A stretch of 64,000 bases of DNA from an uncultured Chloroflexia bacterium (GCA_963720755.1 CAVRGP010000011.1:544001-608000), one strand, 5' to 3'; numbered from the stretch's first letter, positions 1 through 11,424 are shown. Notes: generated from the letters alone by a model not told the origin. A program made the numbers and translations.

Positions 1-159
1 GTCTATCGCGGCCTGAAGATGGCCGGCCACATGGGCGATGAGCGGGTCACGATCAAGAAGGTCCGCGTCGTGCGGGCCGATCCCGATCGCAACCTCCTGC
101 TGGTCAAGGGCAGCCTGCCCGGCGCTCGTGGCGGGCTGATCCTCGTGAAGAAGGCCTGA
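1..159 (+). CDS. rplC: 50S ribosomal protein L3, C-terminal fragment (truncated by window edge)
   Basis: Frame 1 reads VYRGLKMAGHMGDERVTIKKVRVVRADPDRNLLLVKGSLPGARGGLILVKKA*, matching the L3 C-terminus; lies directly upstream of rplD. Confidence 0.97.
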   Translation, partial: VYRGLKMAGHMGDERVTIKKVRVVRADPDRNLLLVKGSLPGARGGLILVKKA

Positions 160-162
160 CCG

Positions 163-786
163 ATGCCCCAGACCAATGTCTATGACAAGACCGGCAAGAC
201 GGTCGGCAGCGTGGACCTGAGCGATGCGTTGTTCGCAGCGCCGGTCAATGCCGCGGTCCTGCACCAGGTCGTGACCGCCCAGCTGGCCGGTCGACGGACC
301 GGCACCGCCGACACCAAGACCCGTGGCGAAGTCCGCGGCGGCGGGAAGAAGCCGTACCGCCAGAAGGGGACCGGCCGCGCCCGACAGGGCACGGTCAGCG
401 CTCCGCACTATCGTGGCGGTGGAACGGTCTTCGGGCCGCATCCCCGGTCCTACGAGCAGCGGCTTCCCCGCAAGATGAAGCGTCTCGCCCTGCGCGGCGC
501 GCTGACCGCGAAGTTCGGCGACGAGGCGATCAAGGTCATCGACACCTTCGGACTCGAAGCCATCCGGACGCGCGACCTCGTCGGCGTCCTGAGCGCGCTC
601 GAAGCCAGCGGACGTGTGCTGGTCGTCTCCCCGGGTCGCGACGAGCGACTCGAGCTGTCGGCCCGCAACCTGCCGACGGTCGAGATCATCCTGGCCGACT
701 CGCTCAACGTCGTCGACCTGCTGAAGGCCGACATCGTGCTCATCGAGCAGCCCTCGCTGGCCCGGATGCAGGAGGTCTACGCATGA
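163..786 (+). CDS. rplD: 50S ribosomal protein L4
   Basis: TKTRGEVRGGGKKPYRQKGTGRARQG signature; S10 operon order. Confidence 0.99.
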   Translation: MPQTNVYDKTGKTVGSVDLSDALFAAPVNAAVLHQVVTAQLAGRRTGTADTKTRGEVRGGGKKPYRQKGTGRARQGTVSAPHYRGGGTVFGPHPRSYEQRLPRKMKRLALRGALTAKFGDEAIKVIDTFGLEAIRTRDLVGVLSALEASGRVLVVSPGRDERLELSARNLPTVEIILADSLNVVDLLKADIVLIEQPSLARMQEVYA

Positions 787-1097
787 GCTCCCTGACGGCA
801 CCCGAGATCATCCTTCGGCCGGTCATCAGCGAGAAGTCGATCGACGAGTCCGGCCGCGGCAAGTACACCTTCGCCGTGCACGATCAGGCCAACAAGATCC
901 AGATCAAGGCCGCGATCGAGGAGCTCTACAAGAAGGAGAACGTGACCGTCGTGTCGGTCCACGTCCTGACGACCAAGGCCAAGGAGAAGCGCCGCGGCAA
1001 TCGCCGCGGACAGACCGTCGGCCACACCACGCCATGGCGCAAGGCGATCGTCACGCTGGCCCCCGGCCAGAAGATCGAGTTCTTCGAGGGGGTCTGA
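783..1097 (+). CDS. rplW: 50S ribosomal protein L23
   Basis: ILRPVISEKS, YTFAV, WRKAIVTL motifs. Confidence 0.98.
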   Translation: MSSLTAPEIILRPVISEKSIDESGRGKYTFAVHDQANKIQIKAAIEELYKKENVTVVSVHVLTTKAKEKRRGNRRGQTVGHTTPWRKAIVTLAPGQKIEFFEGV

Positions 1098-1100
1098 CCG

Positions 1101-1928
1101 ATGCCACTACGCAGTTACAAGGCCACCTCGCCGGGGCTCCGGCAGATGACTCGCTCGACCTTCGAGGAGATCACCACCAAGCAGCCCCACAAGCCCCTGC
1201 TCGAACCGCAGGTCCGTGGTTCGGGTCGGAACAATGCCGGCCGGTTGACGGTCCGCCATCGAGGCGGCGGCGAGAAGCAGCATTACCGCAAGATCGACTT
1301 CAAGCGGGACAAGCTCAGCGTGCCCGCGCGACTGGCGACGATCGAGTACGACCCGAATCGATCGGCCCGGATCGGGCTGCTCCACTACCGGGACGGCGAG
1401 AAGCGCTACATGCTCCTGCCTCACGGCCTCAAGGTCGGCGACGTCGTGGTCGCGGGACCCGATGCCGAGGCGCGGGTCGGGAATGCCCTGCCCCTGGCCA
1501 ACATCCCTCTCGGCACCACGATCCACAACATCGAGCTGGTGCCTGGCAAGGGTGGCCAGATCGTCCGGTCGGCCGGCGTCTCGGCCCAGCTCCTGGCCAA
1601 GGAAGGCGACTTCGCCACCGTCCGGCTGCCGTCGGGCGAGATGCGTCGCGTGCCGCTGCGCTGCATGGCGACCGTCGGGCAGGTCAGCAACCTCGACCAC
1701 GAGAACCAGAACCTCGGCAAGGCCGGGCGCGCCCGCCATCTGGGTCAGCGACCCGAGGTCCGAGGCGTGGTCATGAACCCACGCGACCATCCGCACGGCG
1801 GTGGCGAGGGCAAGTCCCCGACCGGGATGCCGCCCAAGACCCCGTGGGGCAAGCCCGCCATGGGCTATCGCACCCGGCGGTCGAAGACGACCGGGCGACT
1901 CATCGTCCGATCACGGCATCGCAAGTAG
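1101..1928 (+). CDS. rplB: 50S ribosomal protein L2
   Basis: [39 protein letters not shown]. Confidence 0.99.
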   Translation: MPLRSYKATSPGLRQMTRSTFEEITTKQPHKPLLEPQVRGSGRNNAGRLTVRHRGGGEKQHYRKIDFKRDKLSVPARLATIEYDPNRSARIGLLHYRDGEKRYMLLPHGLKVGDVVVAGPDAEARVGNALPLANIPLGTTIHNIELVPGKGGQIVRSAGVSAQLLAKEGDFATVRLPSGEMRRVPLRCMATVGQVSNLDHENQNLGKAGRARHLGQRPEVRGVVMNPRDHPHGGGEGKSPTGMPPKTPWGKPAMGYRTRRSKTTGRLIVRSRHRK

Positions 1929-1946
1929 CAGGGGAGGAGGTCACCG

Positions 1947-2231
1947 ATGTCCCGCTCGATCAAGAAAGGCCCGTTCGTCGAGGCCCGTCTCCTCGGCCGC
2001 ATCGAGGCGATGAACAAGCGCAACGAGAAGAAGGTCGTGAAGTCGTGGTCGCGCGCGTCGGTGATCTTCCCGACGTTCATCGGCCACACCATCGCGGTCT
2101 ACAACGGCAAGAAGCACATCCCGGTCTACGTGACCGAGAACATGGTCGGCCATCGACTCGGTGAGTTCAGCCCGACCCGCAACTATCGCGGGCACGGCCG
2201 ACACACCGACCGATCGACGGCGCTGAAGTAG
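1947..2231 (+). CDS. rpsS: 30S ribosomal protein S19
   Basis: [11 protein letters not shown]...[13 protein letters not shown]; GGAGG Shine-Dalgarno upstream. Confidence 0.99.
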   Translation: MSRSIKKGPFVEARLLGRIEAMNKRNEKKVVKSWSRASVIFPTFIGHTIAVYNGKKHIPVYVTENMVGHRLGEFSPTRNYRGHGRHTDRSTALK

Positions 2232-2240
2232 GTGCCGAGC

Positions 2241-2579
2241 ATGCGCGTCTCCGCCACCGCCAAGTACCTCCGAGCCTCGACTCGCAAGACCCGTCTGGTC
2301 ACCGAGGCGATCAAGGGCAAGCCCGTCGAAGAGGCTGCCGCCCTGCTCCGGTTCATGCCCCAGAAGGCCGCTGCCGACGTTGCCCGCGTGCTCAAGAGCG
2401 CCACGGCGAACGCGGAGAACAATCACAACCTGTCGGCCGAGGACTTGTACATCGCCGACGCCATCGCCGATGAAGGCCCGACGATCAAGCGGTTCCAGCC
2501 TCGGGCCCAGGGTCGCGCCTTCCCCATCCACAAGCCCATGACCCACATCACCATCATCGTCGCGGACCAGGAGGCCTGA
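2241..2579 (+). CDS. rplV: 50S ribosomal protein L22
   Basis: KSATANAENNH, PRAQGRA motifs; ATG 2241 chosen, in-frame GTG 2232 also possible. Confidence 0.98.
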   Translation: MRVSATAKYLRASTRKTRLVTEAIKGKPVEEAAALLRFMPQKAAADVARVLKSATANAENNHNLSAEDLYIADAIADEGPTIKRFQPRAQGRAFPIHKPMTHITIIVADQEA

Positions 2580-2580
2580 C

Positions 2581-3261
2581 ATGGGACACAAGGTCCATCC
2601 GTACGGCTTCCGGCTCGGTGTCTCGCGCACCTGGACCGCGAAGTGGTATGCCGATAACAAGGAGTACACGGCCTCCCTCCAGGAGGACATCAAGATCCGA
2701 CAGCTCATCGACAAGCGCCTGGCCAACGCCAGCGTCAGCGGCGTCGAGATCGAGCGGGGCATCAACCACGTGACCGTCACGATCCACACGGCCAAGCCCG
2801 GGATCGTGATCGGCAAGGGCGGCGCCAATGTCGAGGTCCTGCGCCAGCAGATCGGGGCGATGACGACCCGCAAGGTCAAGCTGGAGATCAAGGAGATCCG
2901 ACAGCCCGAGCTCGACGCGTACCTGGTCGCGATGAATATCGCCGGGCAGTTGAGCCGGAGGATCGCCTTCAAGAAGGCGATGAAGCAGGCCATCCAGCGA
3001 TCGATGAAGGCGGGTGCCAAGGGCGTCAAGATCGCCGTCGCCGGCCGCCTCGGTGGCTCGGAGATGGGCCGTCGCGAATGGGACAAGGAGGGCCGGATCC
3101 CGCTCGGCACCCTTCGCGCCGACATCAGCTACGGCCAGGTCCACGCCCACACCACGTATGGCCGGATCGGCGTCAAGGTCTGGATCTATCGGGGCGACAT
3201 CACCCCGGAGCGCGCGGCGCGTGATGCCGGGGTCCCGACGGTCATCGGGACGGGGGTCTGA
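2581..3261 (+). CDS. rpsC: 30S ribosomal protein S3
   Basis: [23 protein letters not shown] (KH domain), [12 protein letters not shown]. Confidence 0.99.
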   Translation: MGHKVHPYGFRLGVSRTWTAKWYADNKEYTASLQEDIKIRQLIDKRLANASVSGVEIERGINHVTVTIHTAKPGIVIGKGGANVEVLRQQIGAMTTRKVKLEIKEIRQPELDAYLVAMNIAGQLSRRIAFKKAMKQAIQRSMKAGAKGVKIAVAGRLGGSEMGRREWDKEGRIPLGTLRADISYGQVHAHTTYGRIGVKVWIYRGDITPERAARDAGVPTVIGTGV

Positions 3262-3264
3262 CCC

Positions 3265-3690
3265 ATGTTGATGCCGAAACGAGTCAAGCATCGCAAGGTC
3301 ATGCGCGGTCGCATGTCCGGGATGGCCAAGGGCGGACACACGGTCGCCTTCGGCGAGTACGGGCTCGCGACCCAGGAGCCTGCCTGGATCACCAGCCGCC
3401 AGATCGAGGCCGCCCGGCGGGCGATGACCCGATCGGTCAAGCGCGGCGGCAAGATCTGGATCCGCGTCTTCCCGGACAAGCCGGCGACGAAGAAGCCAGC
3501 CGAAACCCGGATGGGCTCGGGCAAGGGCGCTCCCGACCATTGGGTCGCGGTCGTCAAGCCGGGCCGGATCCTGTTCGAGATGGCCGGCGTCGACCATGAG
3601 TCGGCGGTCGAGGCGATGCGCCTCGCCAGCCATAAGTTGCCCGTCGCCACCCGCGTCGTCGTGCGCGAGTCGGCGAAGGAGTCGAATTGA
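3265..3690 (+). CDS. rplP: 50S ribosomal protein L16
   Basis: [30 protein letters not shown]. Confidence 0.99.
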   Translation: MLMPKRVKHRKVMRGRMSGMAKGGHTVAFGEYGLATQEPAWITSRQIEAARRAMTRSVKRGGKIWIRVFPDKPATKKPAETRMGSGKGAPDHWVAVVKPGRILFEMAGVDHESAVEAMRLASHKLPVATRVVVRESAKESN

Positions 3691-3908
3691 TGGATATCGA
3701 AAAGGTTCGCCAGCTATCCGATACCGAGCTCGAGGCCGCCCTTCGGGAGGCCAAGCAGGATCTATGGGGAGCGCGCTTCGCGCTGTCCACGCGACAGCTG
3801 AAGGACTACAGCACGATCCCGCAGACGCGGCGAACGATCGCGCGGATCCTGACCGTCCAGCGTGAGCGCGGAGCTCAGCCGGCCGGCTCGAGGGAGATCA
3901 CGCGATGA
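3690..3908 (+). CDS. rpmC: 50S ribosomal protein L29
   Basis: Short protein with [10 protein letters not shown] between rplP and rpsQ. Confidence 0.95.
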   Translation: MDIEKVRQLSDTELEAALREAKQDLWGARFALSTRQLKDYSTIPQTRRTIARILTVQRERGAQPAGSREITR

Positions 3909-4312
3909 CAGGAGCTGACACCCAGGTGCAAGGCAAGCGCAAGACCAAGGTCGGGCGCGTCGTGAGCGACCGGATGGACAAGACGATCGTCGTGTCCGTC
4001 GAGCGTCTCGCGCGCCACCGACTGTACAAGCGGGTCATCCGCTTGAGCACGAAGTTCAAGGCACATGACGAGACCAACGACGCCCGCATCGGGGATACGG
4101 TCCTCATCGAGGAGTCGCGGCCGTTGTCCGCGACGAAGCGATGGCGACTCGTTTCGGTGGTCCAGCGAGCCGGGGACCAGGGGCTTCCCGGTGAGGTCGT
4201 GACCGACGAGGCCGACACCTCGGAAGCCATCCATGCCGCCGCCCACCCGGGCCGGACTCGGGATAGCGAAGCGGAGATCGCGGACGCGCCGGTCGAGGAG
4301 GCCGCCCAGTGA
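3905..4312 (+). CDS. rpsQ: 30S ribosomal protein S17 with acidic C-terminal extension
   Basis: [31 protein letters not shown]. Confidence 0.98.
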   Translation: MTGADTQVQGKRKTKVGRVVSDRMDKTIVVSVERLARHRLYKRVIRLSTKFKAHDETNDARIGDTVLIEESRPLSATKRWRLVSVVQRAGDQGLPGEVVTDEADTSEAIHAAAHPGRTRDSEAEIADAPVEEAAQ

Positions 4313-4677
4313 TCCAGTCCCAGACGCGTCTCAAGGTGGCCGACAATACGGGCGCCCGGACGATCCAGTGCATCCGGGTGATGGGTCGCTCGCTCAAGAC
4401 CGACGCGGGTGTCGGTGACGTCATCGTCGCCAGCGTCAAGCAGGCCATTCCCAACGCGGCGGTCAAGAAGGGCGACGTCGTGCGCGCGGTCATCGTGCGG
4501 ACGGCCAAGGAATACGGCCGGCCCGATGGCAGCTACATCCGGTTCGATGAGAACGCCGCGGTCCTGATCAACAACCAGGGCAACCCGCGGGGGACCCGCA
4601 TCTTCGGTCCGGTCGCCCGCGAGCTCCGCGACCGCAACTACATGAAGATCGTTTCGCTCGCTCCGGAGGTGCTGTGA
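4309..4677 (+). CDS. rplN: 50S ribosomal protein L14
   Basis: [36 protein letters not shown]; GTG start. Confidence 0.99.
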   Translation: MIQSQTRLKVADNTGARTIQCIRVMGRSLKTDAGVGDVIVASVKQAIPNAAVKKGDVVRAVIVRTAKEYGRPDGSYIRFDENAAVLINNQGNPRGTRIFGPVARELRDRNYMKIVSLAPEVL

Positions 4678-5117
4678 TGGCCGTCCGGGCTGCGCAGCCA
4701 CGTGCGCCCAAGGTGCCCGAGATCCGCAAGGGCGACACCGTCGTCGTCCTGGCCGGCAAGGATGCGGGCAAGCGGGGCACGGTCGAACGGGTCATCCGCC
4801 GGACGGCCGCTCCGTCGGCGGCGCGAAGCGTCTTTCGACGCGGATCGCCGGCCGGGGGCGCCTTCGTCGTCGTCGAAGGCCTCAACATCGCGAAGCGCCA
4901 CACCAAGCCGCGCCAGGCGGCCGGGACCAGTGACCGCGTCCCGAAGATGCAGCAGGGCGGGATCCTCGAGATCGCCCAGCCACTGCCGGTCAGCCGGGTG
5001 ATGCTCGTCTGCCCGAGTTGCTCGAAGCCGACCCGGATCGCGCATGCGACGCTCGAGACAGGTCGTCGCGTCCGCATCTGCCGGCATTGCGGCCAGCAGC
5101 TGGAGGTGAAGGGATGA
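4677..5117 (+). CDS. rplX: 50S ribosomal protein L24 (CxxC...CxxC type)
   Basis: [22 protein letters not shown] motif, VVVEGLN; CPSC and CRHC. Confidence 0.97.
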   Translation: MAVRAAQPRAPKVPEIRKGDTVVVLAGKDAGKRGTVERVIRRTAAPSAARSVFRRGSPAGGAFVVVEGLNIAKRHTKPRQAAGTSDRVPKMQQGGILEIAQPLPVSRVMLVCPSCSKPTRIAHATLETGRRVRICRHCGQQLEVKG

Positions 5118-5656
5118 CCAGTCGTCTCCACGAACGGTATGCGGCCGAAGTCGTTCCGGCGCTCCAGAAGCAGTTCGAGTACGGGAACTCGATGGAGATC
5201 CCGCGTCTGTCCAAGATCGTGGTCAACATCGGTCTTGGCGAGGCGCTCACGAACGCCAAGGCGCTCGACGCCGCGCTCGGCGACCTGACCACCATCACCG
5301 GCCAGAAGCCGATCGTGACGAAGGCCAAGCGCTCGATCGCGCAGTTCCGCGTCCGGACCGGCAACTCCATCGGTGCCAAGGTCACCCTGCGCGGGGACCG
5401 GATGTGGGATTTCATGGATCGCCTGACCACGCTCGCCCTGCCCCGGATCCGCGACTTCCGCGGCATCCCAGGCAGGTCGTTCGATGGACGTGGCAACTAT
5501 TCACTCGGCCTCCGGGAGCAGCTTGCCTTCCCGGAGATCGACTACGACAAGGTGGATCGTCTCCGCGGGCTGGAGATCAGCATCGTGACGACGGCGAAGA
5601 CCGACGAGGAATCGAGAAAGCTTCTCGAACTCCTCGGCATGCCCTTTGCCTCGTAG
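5114..5656 (+). CDS. rplE: 50S ribosomal protein L5
   Basis: [26 protein letters not shown]; true start ATG 5114 overlaps the rplX stop. Confidence 0.99.
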   Translation: MTSRLHERYAAEVVPALQKQFEYGNSMEIPRLSKIVVNIGLGEALTNAKALDAALGDLTTITGQKPIVTKAKRSIAQFRVRTGNSIGAKVTLRGDRMWDFMDRLTTLALPRIRDFRGIPGRSFDGRGNYSLGLREQLAFPEIDYDKVDRLRGLEISIVTTAKTDEESRKLLELLGMPFAS

Positions 5657-5674
5657 GCGCGGGGAGGGAGACTC

Positions 5675-5860
5675 ATGGCTAAGAAATCGATGATCGCCAA
5701 GGCGAAGCGGACCCCGAAGCACAAGGTGCAGGCGTATCACCGCTGCACCGTGTGTGGACGACCGCGTGCCTTCATCCGGCGGTTCGCCCTGTGCCGCATC
5801 TGCTTCCGGGAGCGAGCGCTCCTCGGGGAGTTGCCGGGCGTCACGAAGTCGAGTTGGTAG
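5675..5860 (+). CDS. rpsZ: 30S ribosomal protein S14, type Z (Zn-binding)
   Basis: 61 aa, RCTVCGRPR...LCRICFRE...PGVTKSSW. Confidence 0.98.
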   Translation: MAKKSMIAKAKRTPKHKVQAYHRCTVCGRPRAFIRRFALCRICFRERALLGELPGVTKSSW

Positions 5861-5867
5861 GGGACCG

Positions 5868-6266
5868 ATGAACATCTCCGACCCCATCGCGGACATGCTC
5901 ACGCGCGTTCGGAACGCGTCTCGGGCGCGCCACACGGACGTGGTCGTCCCGGCGTCGCGGACGAAGCGTGAGATCGCGCGCATCCTCAAGGCGGAAGGCT
6001 TCATCGCCGACGTCTCCGAGGAGCAGGATGGGCCGACCGCGACCCTCCGCATCACCCTCAAGTACGTCGACGGGAAGGTCCCGGTCGTCTCGGGCCTCAA
6101 GCGCATCAGCAAGCCGGGCCTGCGCGTCTACGCGCGCAAGACCGACATCCCGCGGGTGCTCGGCGGCCTGGGCATCGTCATCGTCAGCACGAGCCAGGGG
6201 ATCATGACCGGCCAGGAGGCGCGACGGGCGCAACTGGGCGGCGAAGTCCTCGCGTTCGTCTGGTAG
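5868..6266 (+). CDS. rpsH: 30S ribosomal protein S8
   Basis: [33 protein letters not shown]. Confidence 0.99.
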   Translation: MNISDPIADMLTRVRNASRARHTDVVVPASRTKREIARILKAEGFIADVSEEQDGPTATLRITLKYVDGKVPVVSGLKRISKPGLRVYARKTDIPRVLGGLGIVIVSTSQGIMTGQEARRAQLGGEVLAFVW

Positions 6267-6276
6267 GCAGGACGAC

Positions 6277-6828
6277 ATGTCGCGTATCGGACGCCTCCCC
6301 ATCACCGTCCCGCCTGGTGTCGACGTCACCATCGACGGCCGCCTCGTCACGGTCACCGGTCCGAAGGGCAGCCTCAGCCGCTCCCTGCACCCGGACATGA
6401 CCCTCAGTCGGGAGGAACAGACGCTCGTCGTCACCCGACCGACCGAGCAGAAGATGCATCGCCAACTCCACGGTCTCACCCGGACCCTGGTCAACAACAT
6501 GGTCGTCGGCGTGACCGACGGGTACCGCAAGGGCCTGGAGATCACCGGTGTCGGGTATCGGGCGGCCCTCAACGGCCGCAAGCTGACGCTCAACCTGGGC
6601 TACAGCCACCCGATCGAGATCGATCCGCCTGAGGGCATCAGCTTCGAAGTCGAGAACCCGACCCGCCTGGCGGTCGTCGGGATCGACAAGGAGCTGGTGG
6701 GCCAGATGGCGGCCAAGGTCCGCTCCACCCGCAAGCCGGAGCCATACAAGGGCAAGGGCGTCCGCTACTCCGGCGAGTACATCCGTCGCAAGGCGGGCAA
6801 GGCCGGCAAGATCGGCGGCAAGAAATGA
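6277..6828 (+). CDS. rplF: 50S ribosomal protein L6
   Basis: [23 protein letters not shown]. Confidence 0.99.
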   Translation: MSRIGRLPITVPPGVDVTIDGRLVTVTGPKGSLSRSLHPDMTLSREEQTLVVTRPTEQKMHRQLHGLTRTLVNNMVVGVTDGYRKGLEITGVGYRAALNGRKLTLNLGYSHPIEIDPPEGISFEVENPTRLAVVGIDKELVGQMAAKVRSTRKPEPYKGKGVRYSGEYIRRKAGKAGKIGGKK

Positions 6829-6853
6829 CCGTGACTGACAAGGAACGAACACG

Positions 6854-7216
6854 ATGACCCAGGTCGCCACCCGCGGCGCCGCCCGGCGCAAGCGCCACGA
6901 ACGGATCCGCCTTCACCTGGCGGGCTCCGAGGCGCGCCCGCGTCTCGCGGTGTTCCGTAGCCTCAACCATATCTATGCGCAAGTCATCGACGACGCGTCG
7001 GGAACGACGCTGGTCGCTGCCTCGACGGTCGAGAAGGGACTCAAGAGTCCCGCCAAGACCAAGTCGGAAGAAGCCGCCGCCGTCGGAAAGCTGATCGCCG
7101 AGCGGGCCAAAGCCGCTGGCGTCGAGCGCGTGGTGTTCGATCGCGCCGGGTTCCGGTACCACGGGCGGATCAAGTCGCTCGCCGATGCCGCCCGCGAAGC
7201 CGGCCTCGAGTTCTGA
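6854..7216 (+). CDS. rplR: 50S ribosomal protein L18
   Basis: [24 protein letters not shown]. Confidence 0.99.
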   Translation: MTQVATRGAARRKRHERIRLHLAGSEARPRLAVFRSLNHIYAQVIDDASGTTLVAASTVEKGLKSPAKTKSEEAAAVGKLIAERAKAAGVERVVFDRAGFRYHGRIKSLADAAREAGLEF

Positions 7217-7231
7217 TCGGAAGGAGCCCCC

Positions 7232-7774
7232 GTGGCACGAATCGACCCCAATAAGCTCGCGCTCGAGGAGCGCGTCGTTCAGATCAATCGCGTCGCCAAG
7301 GTCGTCAAGGGTGGCCGTCGGTTCAGCTTCAGCGCGGTCGTCGTCGTCGGCGATGGCGCCGGCCACGTCGGCGTCGGCCTGGGCAAGGCCGGAGAGGTCC
7401 CCGAGTCGATCCGCAAGGGCGTCGAAGACGCAAAGAAGAACCTGATCCGGATCCCGATGGTCGGCACGACGATCCCCCACGAGGTCCAGGTGGTCTTCGG
7501 CGCGAGCAGCGTCCTGCTCAAGCCGGCCTCGCAGGGCACCGGCGTCATCGCCGGTGGCTCGGTCCGCGCCGTCCTCGAGGCCGCGGGCGTGCGCGACATC
7601 CTGTCCAAGATCCATGGCTCGACCAATCCGGTCAACGTGACCAGGGCTACGATCGAGGCGCTCCGAAGCCTGCACTCCGCCGAGGAGCTCGGCGCCCGAC
7701 GCGGGGTCAAGCTGGTCAGCCGGATCGCCGGCCAGCCGGCCCCGGTCGCTGCGGAGGTGTCGGGTGGCCGCTAA
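7232..7774 (+). CDS. rpsE: 30S ribosomal protein S5
   Basis: [24 protein letters not shown]. Confidence 0.99.
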   Translation: MARIDPNKLALEERVVQINRVAKVVKGGRRFSFSAVVVVGDGAGHVGVGLGKAGEVPESIRKGVEDAKKNLIRIPMVGTTIPHEVQVVFGASSVLLKPASQGTGVIAGGSVRAVLEAAGVRDILSKIHGSTNPVNVTRATIEALRSLHSAEELGARRGVKLVSRIAGQPAPVAAEVSGGR

Positions 7775-7982
7775 GCTCAAGGTGACCCAGATCAAGAGCA
7801 CGATCGGCCACATCGCGCGCAATCGTGGGACGGCCAGGGCTCTCGGGCTGCACGGGATCGGCAGCACGAGCATCGTGACCGACAACCCGGCGACTCGAGG
7901 AATGGTCCGACAGGTCCGTTTCCTCGTCAGCGTCGAGGAGATCGAGGAAGCCTCAGGATCCGATTCCGGGGAGAAATCATGA
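7764..7982 (+). CDS. rpmD: 50S ribosomal protein L30
   Basis: [11 protein letters not shown]...ALGL...RGMV; position in spc operon. Confidence 0.96.
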   Translation: MAAKLKVTQIKSTIGHIARNRGTARALGLHGIGSTSIVTDNPATRGMVRQVRFLVSVEEIEEASGSDSGEKS

Positions 7983-8689
7983 AGCTCCACGATCTACGAC
8001 CGGCCGAGGGTTCCCGGAAGGCGCGGACACGCGTCGGCCGCGGGATCGCCGCCGGGAAAGGCAAGACCGCGGGTCGCGGGACCAAGGGCCAGAAGGCTCG
8101 AGCCGGCGGCTCGATCCCGCCCTGGTTCGAGGGTGGCCAGACACCGCTCCACGTCCGGATCCCCAAGCTTCGCGGCTTCAAGAACCGGTTCAAGATCGAG
8201 TACGAGGTCGTCAACGTCGGCGCGATCGGCGCCCTGGCTGAGCGCGGCGCCCTGACCTTCGAGGGCGACAAGAAGGCGTCGTCCAAGGCGCCGATCACGG
8301 TCAACCAGGACATCCTCCGTGCCCTCGGTCTGGTGCGGACCCTCAACAAGCCGCTCAAGATCCTCGGCGCGGGCGAGCTATCGGTCCCGCTGTTCGTCGT
8401 CGCCGACGCGTTCACCGCGTCGGCCCGGGCGAAGATCGAGGCGGCCGGTGGGACCGTCTCGGTCCTCGAGATCCCGGCGTCCCCGCTGGCTGCGTTGGGC
8501 GTCAACGCCCCATCCGAGCCTGACGTTGCCGAGACCGAACCGGCTGTGGCCGAGGCGACCCCGGTCGCCGACAAGCCGGCCAAGGCCAAGAGCCGGTCCA
8601 AGCCGACCAAGACCAAGCCCGCCGCGACCGGCGACGACGGATCGCCACTCGCCGAGGAGGCAGAGCTGCCCTCCGGCGACGACGCCTGA
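7979..8689 (+). CDS. rplO: 50S ribosomal protein L15 with long low-complexity C-terminal tail
   Basis: [39 protein letters not shown]. Confidence 0.98.
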   Translation: MKLHDLRPAEGSRKARTRVGRGIAAGKGKTAGRGTKGQKARAGGSIPPWFEGGQTPLHVRIPKLRGFKNRFKIEYEVVNVGAIGALAERGALTFEGDKKASSKAPITVNQDILRALGLVRTLNKPLKILGAGELSVPLFVVADAFTASARAKIEAAGGTVSVLEIPASPLAALGVNAPSEPDVAETEPAVAEATPVADKPAKAKSRSKPTKTKPAATGDDGSPLAEEAELPSGDDA

Positions 8690-8692
8690 CCC

Positions 8693-9973
8693 GTGTTCGA
8701 ATCGCTCCTCAACGCCTTCCGAGCGCCGGACATCCGGCGCCGGATCCTCTATGTCCTCGCGCTCCTGATCGTCTTCAGGCTGCTTGCCTCGGTGCCCATC
8801 CCGGGCGTCGACAAGGCCCAGCTGAAGGTCTTCGTGGAGGGCAATGCGCTCGCCGGACTGCTCGACCTCTTCTCGGGCGGCGGGTTGTCGCACTTCTCGG
8901 TCGTGGCACTGGGGATGAACCCGTACATCAACGCCTCGATCATCATGCAGTTGATGACGGGCGTCGTGCCCTCGCTCCAGGCCCTCAGCCGGGAAGGTGA
9001 GTTCGGCCGCAACAAGATCAACCAGTACACCCGCTATCTGACCGTCCCGATGGCGATGCTGCAGGCCTATGGCGTGCTCGCCCTGCTCAACTCGCAGAGC
9101 GTCCTGACCGGCGCGTTCGACCTGTCGAGTTTCGAGACGCTGACCCAGATCGCGACCCTCACCGCCGGCGCCATCGTCCTGATGTGGGTCGGTGAGTTGA
9201 TCACCGAACGTGGGATCGGCAACGGCATCAGCTTCATCATCTTCGCGGGCATCGTCAGCCGCGCGCCCGGCGCGCTCAACTCGTTCCGACTCAATCCGAA
9301 CATCGGGCTGGCCGTCGCTTTCGCGATCGTGGCTGTCGCCGCGGTCGGCGTGATCATCTACATCCAGGAGGGCCAGCGCCGGATCCCGATCCAGTACGCC
9401 AGCCGCGTCCGCGGACGGCGGATGTATTCGGGCGGCCAGACGTTCCTTCCGCTGCGAGTCAACCAGGCCGGCGTCATCCCGATCATCTTCGCGGTGAGCA
9501 TCCTGCTCTTCCCGCACCAGCTGGCGACCTACTTCTCGACGTCGGATATCCCGATCATCAAGGGGATCTCCGAGTTCATCGTGACGATCTTCAGCTCGAC
9601 CTCTCCGTTGTACATCGTCATGTACTTCCTGCTGACGATGGGCTTCACCTACTTCTATACCGCCTTCACGTTCAAGCCCGACGAAACGGCGGAACAGCTG
9701 CGCAAGAACGGCGGGTTCATCCCGGGGATCCGGCCGGGACGCCCGACTCAGGACTACCTCGCCAGGGTGGTGACCCGGATCACCTTCGCCGGCGCCCTCT
9801 TCCTGGCCATCGTGGCCGTCTCGCCGTCGGTCGTGGCCCTCGCGGTCCCGGACCTTGCGACGCTCGGCCTCGGCGGCACGAGCCTGCTCATCGTCGTATC
9901 CGTGGTCGTCGAGACGATGAAGCAGATCGAGGCGCAGCTGATGATGCGCAACTACGAGGGTTTCATCCGATGA
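8693..9973 (+). CDS. secY: Preprotein translocase subunit SecY
   Basis: ALGMNPYINASII, GIGNGISFIIF, FIPGIRPG, GGTSLLIVV; about 10 hydrophobic segments. Confidence 0.99.
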   Translation: MFESLLNAFRAPDIRRRILYVLALLIVFRLLASVPIPGVDKAQLKVFVEGNALAGLLDLFSGGGLSHFSVVALGMNPYINASIIMQLMTGVVPSLQALSREGEFGRNKINQYTRYLTVPMAMLQAYGVLALLNSQSVLTGAFDLSSFETLTQIATLTAGAIVLMWVGELITERGIGNGISFIIFAGIVSRAPGALNSFRLNPNIGLAVAFAIVAVAAVGVIIYIQEGQRRIPIQYASRVRGRRMYSGGQTFLPLRVNQAGVIPIIFAVSILLFPHQLATYFSTSDIPIIKGISEFIVTIFSSTSPLYIVMYFLLTMGFTYFYTAFTFKPDETAEQLRKNGGFIPGIRPGRPTQDYLARVVTRITFAGALFLAIVAVSPSVVALAVPDLATLGLGGTSLLIVVSVVVETMKQIEAQLMMRNYEGFIR

Positions 9974-9998
9974 CCCCAGCCGGCGTCGATCTGATCGC

Positions 9999-10658
9999 AT
10001 GACCGTCCTCGTCCTGCTCGGCGCCCCAGGGGCCGGGAAGGGCACGCAGGCGCCGGCGCTCGCCGCTCGCCTTCATGTCCCGGTCCTGGCGTCCGGTGAC
10101 CTGCTTCGGGAGGCGGTCGCCGCTGGGACGCCACTGGGCAGGGCGGCAGACCGGTACATGAGCCGCGGCCAGCTCGTGCCGGACGAGACGATCGTTCGCG
10201 TGTTCCTCGACCGCCTCGATGCGGCCGATGCGGTCGATGGAGCCATCCTCGACGGCTTTCCCCGGACCAAGGTCCAGGCCGAGGCGCTCGATATCGCGCT
10301 CGCGGAGGCCGGGCGCCGGGTCGACCTGGCCGCCTACATCGACGTCCCGACCGAGGATCTCGTCCGCCGGATGGCCGATCGGCGGATCTGCAGTGCGAAC
10401 GGCCATGTCTTCAATCTCGTGTCGAATCCGCCGACCCTCGACGGTGTCTGCGACATCGATGGATCGGAACTCGGACAGCGGACCGACGACGAGGAATCGA
10501 CGGTCCGGGCGCGGATGGCCCAACAGCTGCCGCCGTTGCTGGAGGTCGTCGAGCACTACCGCGCTCGCGGCGTCCTGACGACGGTCGACGGCGGAGCGGG
10601 GATCGACGAGGTGACCCGCGCGCTGGTCGCTGCCGTCGAGACTGCCATGGCGTCCTGA
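9999..10658 (+). CDS. adk: Adenylate kinase (long LID)
   Basis: GAPGAGKGTQA P-loop, ILDGFPR, RTDD. Confidence 0.98.
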   Translation: MTVLVLLGAPGAGKGTQAPALAARLHVPVLASGDLLREAVAAGTPLGRAADRYMSRGQLVPDETIVRVFLDRLDAADAVDGAILDGFPRTKVQAEALDIALAEAGRRVDLAAYIDVPTEDLVRRMADRRICSANGHVFNLVSNPPTLDGVCDIDGSELGQRTDDEESTVRARMAQQLPPLLEVVEHYRARGVLTTVDGGAGIDEVTRALVAAVETAMAS

Positions 10659-10659
10659 C

Positions 10660-11424
10660 ATGGTCACCCGCAAATCACGAGCCGAGATCGAGCAGATGCG
10701 CCGGGCTGGCCGTGTGGTCGGTGAGATCCTCGACCTTCTGGGTGCGGCCTTGCGGCCGGGCGTCTCCACGGCCGATCTCGATGCCCTTGCCGAGCGCCAC
10801 ATCCGCGCGGCTGGCGCGACACCGTCGTTCAAGGGCTACCCCGGGATCAACCCGCGCCGGCCATTCCCGGCCAGTGTGTGCATCTCGATCGACGATGAGA
10901 TCGTCCACGGCATCCCCGGCGACCGCGAGATCAGGGCCGGTCAGATCGTATCGATCGATGCCGGCGCGATCGTCGACGGCTGGCACGGCGACGCGGCTCG
11001 GACGTTCTATGTCGGTGAGCCACCCGCCAGGATCGGCACGCTGATCGATCTCACCCGCGAGGCCATGATGGCCGGCATCGCCGCGTCGATCCCGGGCAAC
11101 CACATCGACGACATCTCGGCGGCGGTCGAGGCGGTCGCCGATCGGGTCGGTCTTGGCGTCATCCGTCAGTTCGTCGGGCACGGCATCGGGACGGCCATGC
11201 ATGAGGATCCGCAGGTCCCGAACTATCGAACGGGGCGTCCGGGCCGTAAGCTCGAGCCCGGCTTGTGCCTCGCGATCGAGCCGATGTTCACGCTGGGCGG
11301 ACATGACACCCGGATCCAGCCGGACGACTGGACCGTCGTGACCGCGGACGGGTCGATGGCCGCACATTTCGAGCATTCGATCGCCATCACCGACGACGGT
11401 CCGCAGATCCTGACGGTCGCGTGA
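10660..11424 (+). CDS. map: Type I methionine aminopeptidase
   Basis: VHGIP, SIDAG, GDAART, GHGIG, AIEPM, HFEHS. Confidence 0.98.
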   Translation: MVTRKSRAEIEQMRRAGRVVGEILDLLGAALRPGVSTADLDALAERHIRAAGATPSFKGYPGINPRRPFPASVCISIDDEIVHGIPGDREIRAGQIVSIDAGAIVDGWHGDAARTFYVGEPPARIGTLIDLTREAMMAGIAASIPGNHIDDISAAVEAVADRVGLGVIRQFVGHGIGTAMHEDPQVPNYRTGRPGRKLEPGLCLAIEPMFTLGGHDTRIQPDDWTVVTADGSMAAHFEHSIAITDDGPQILTVA

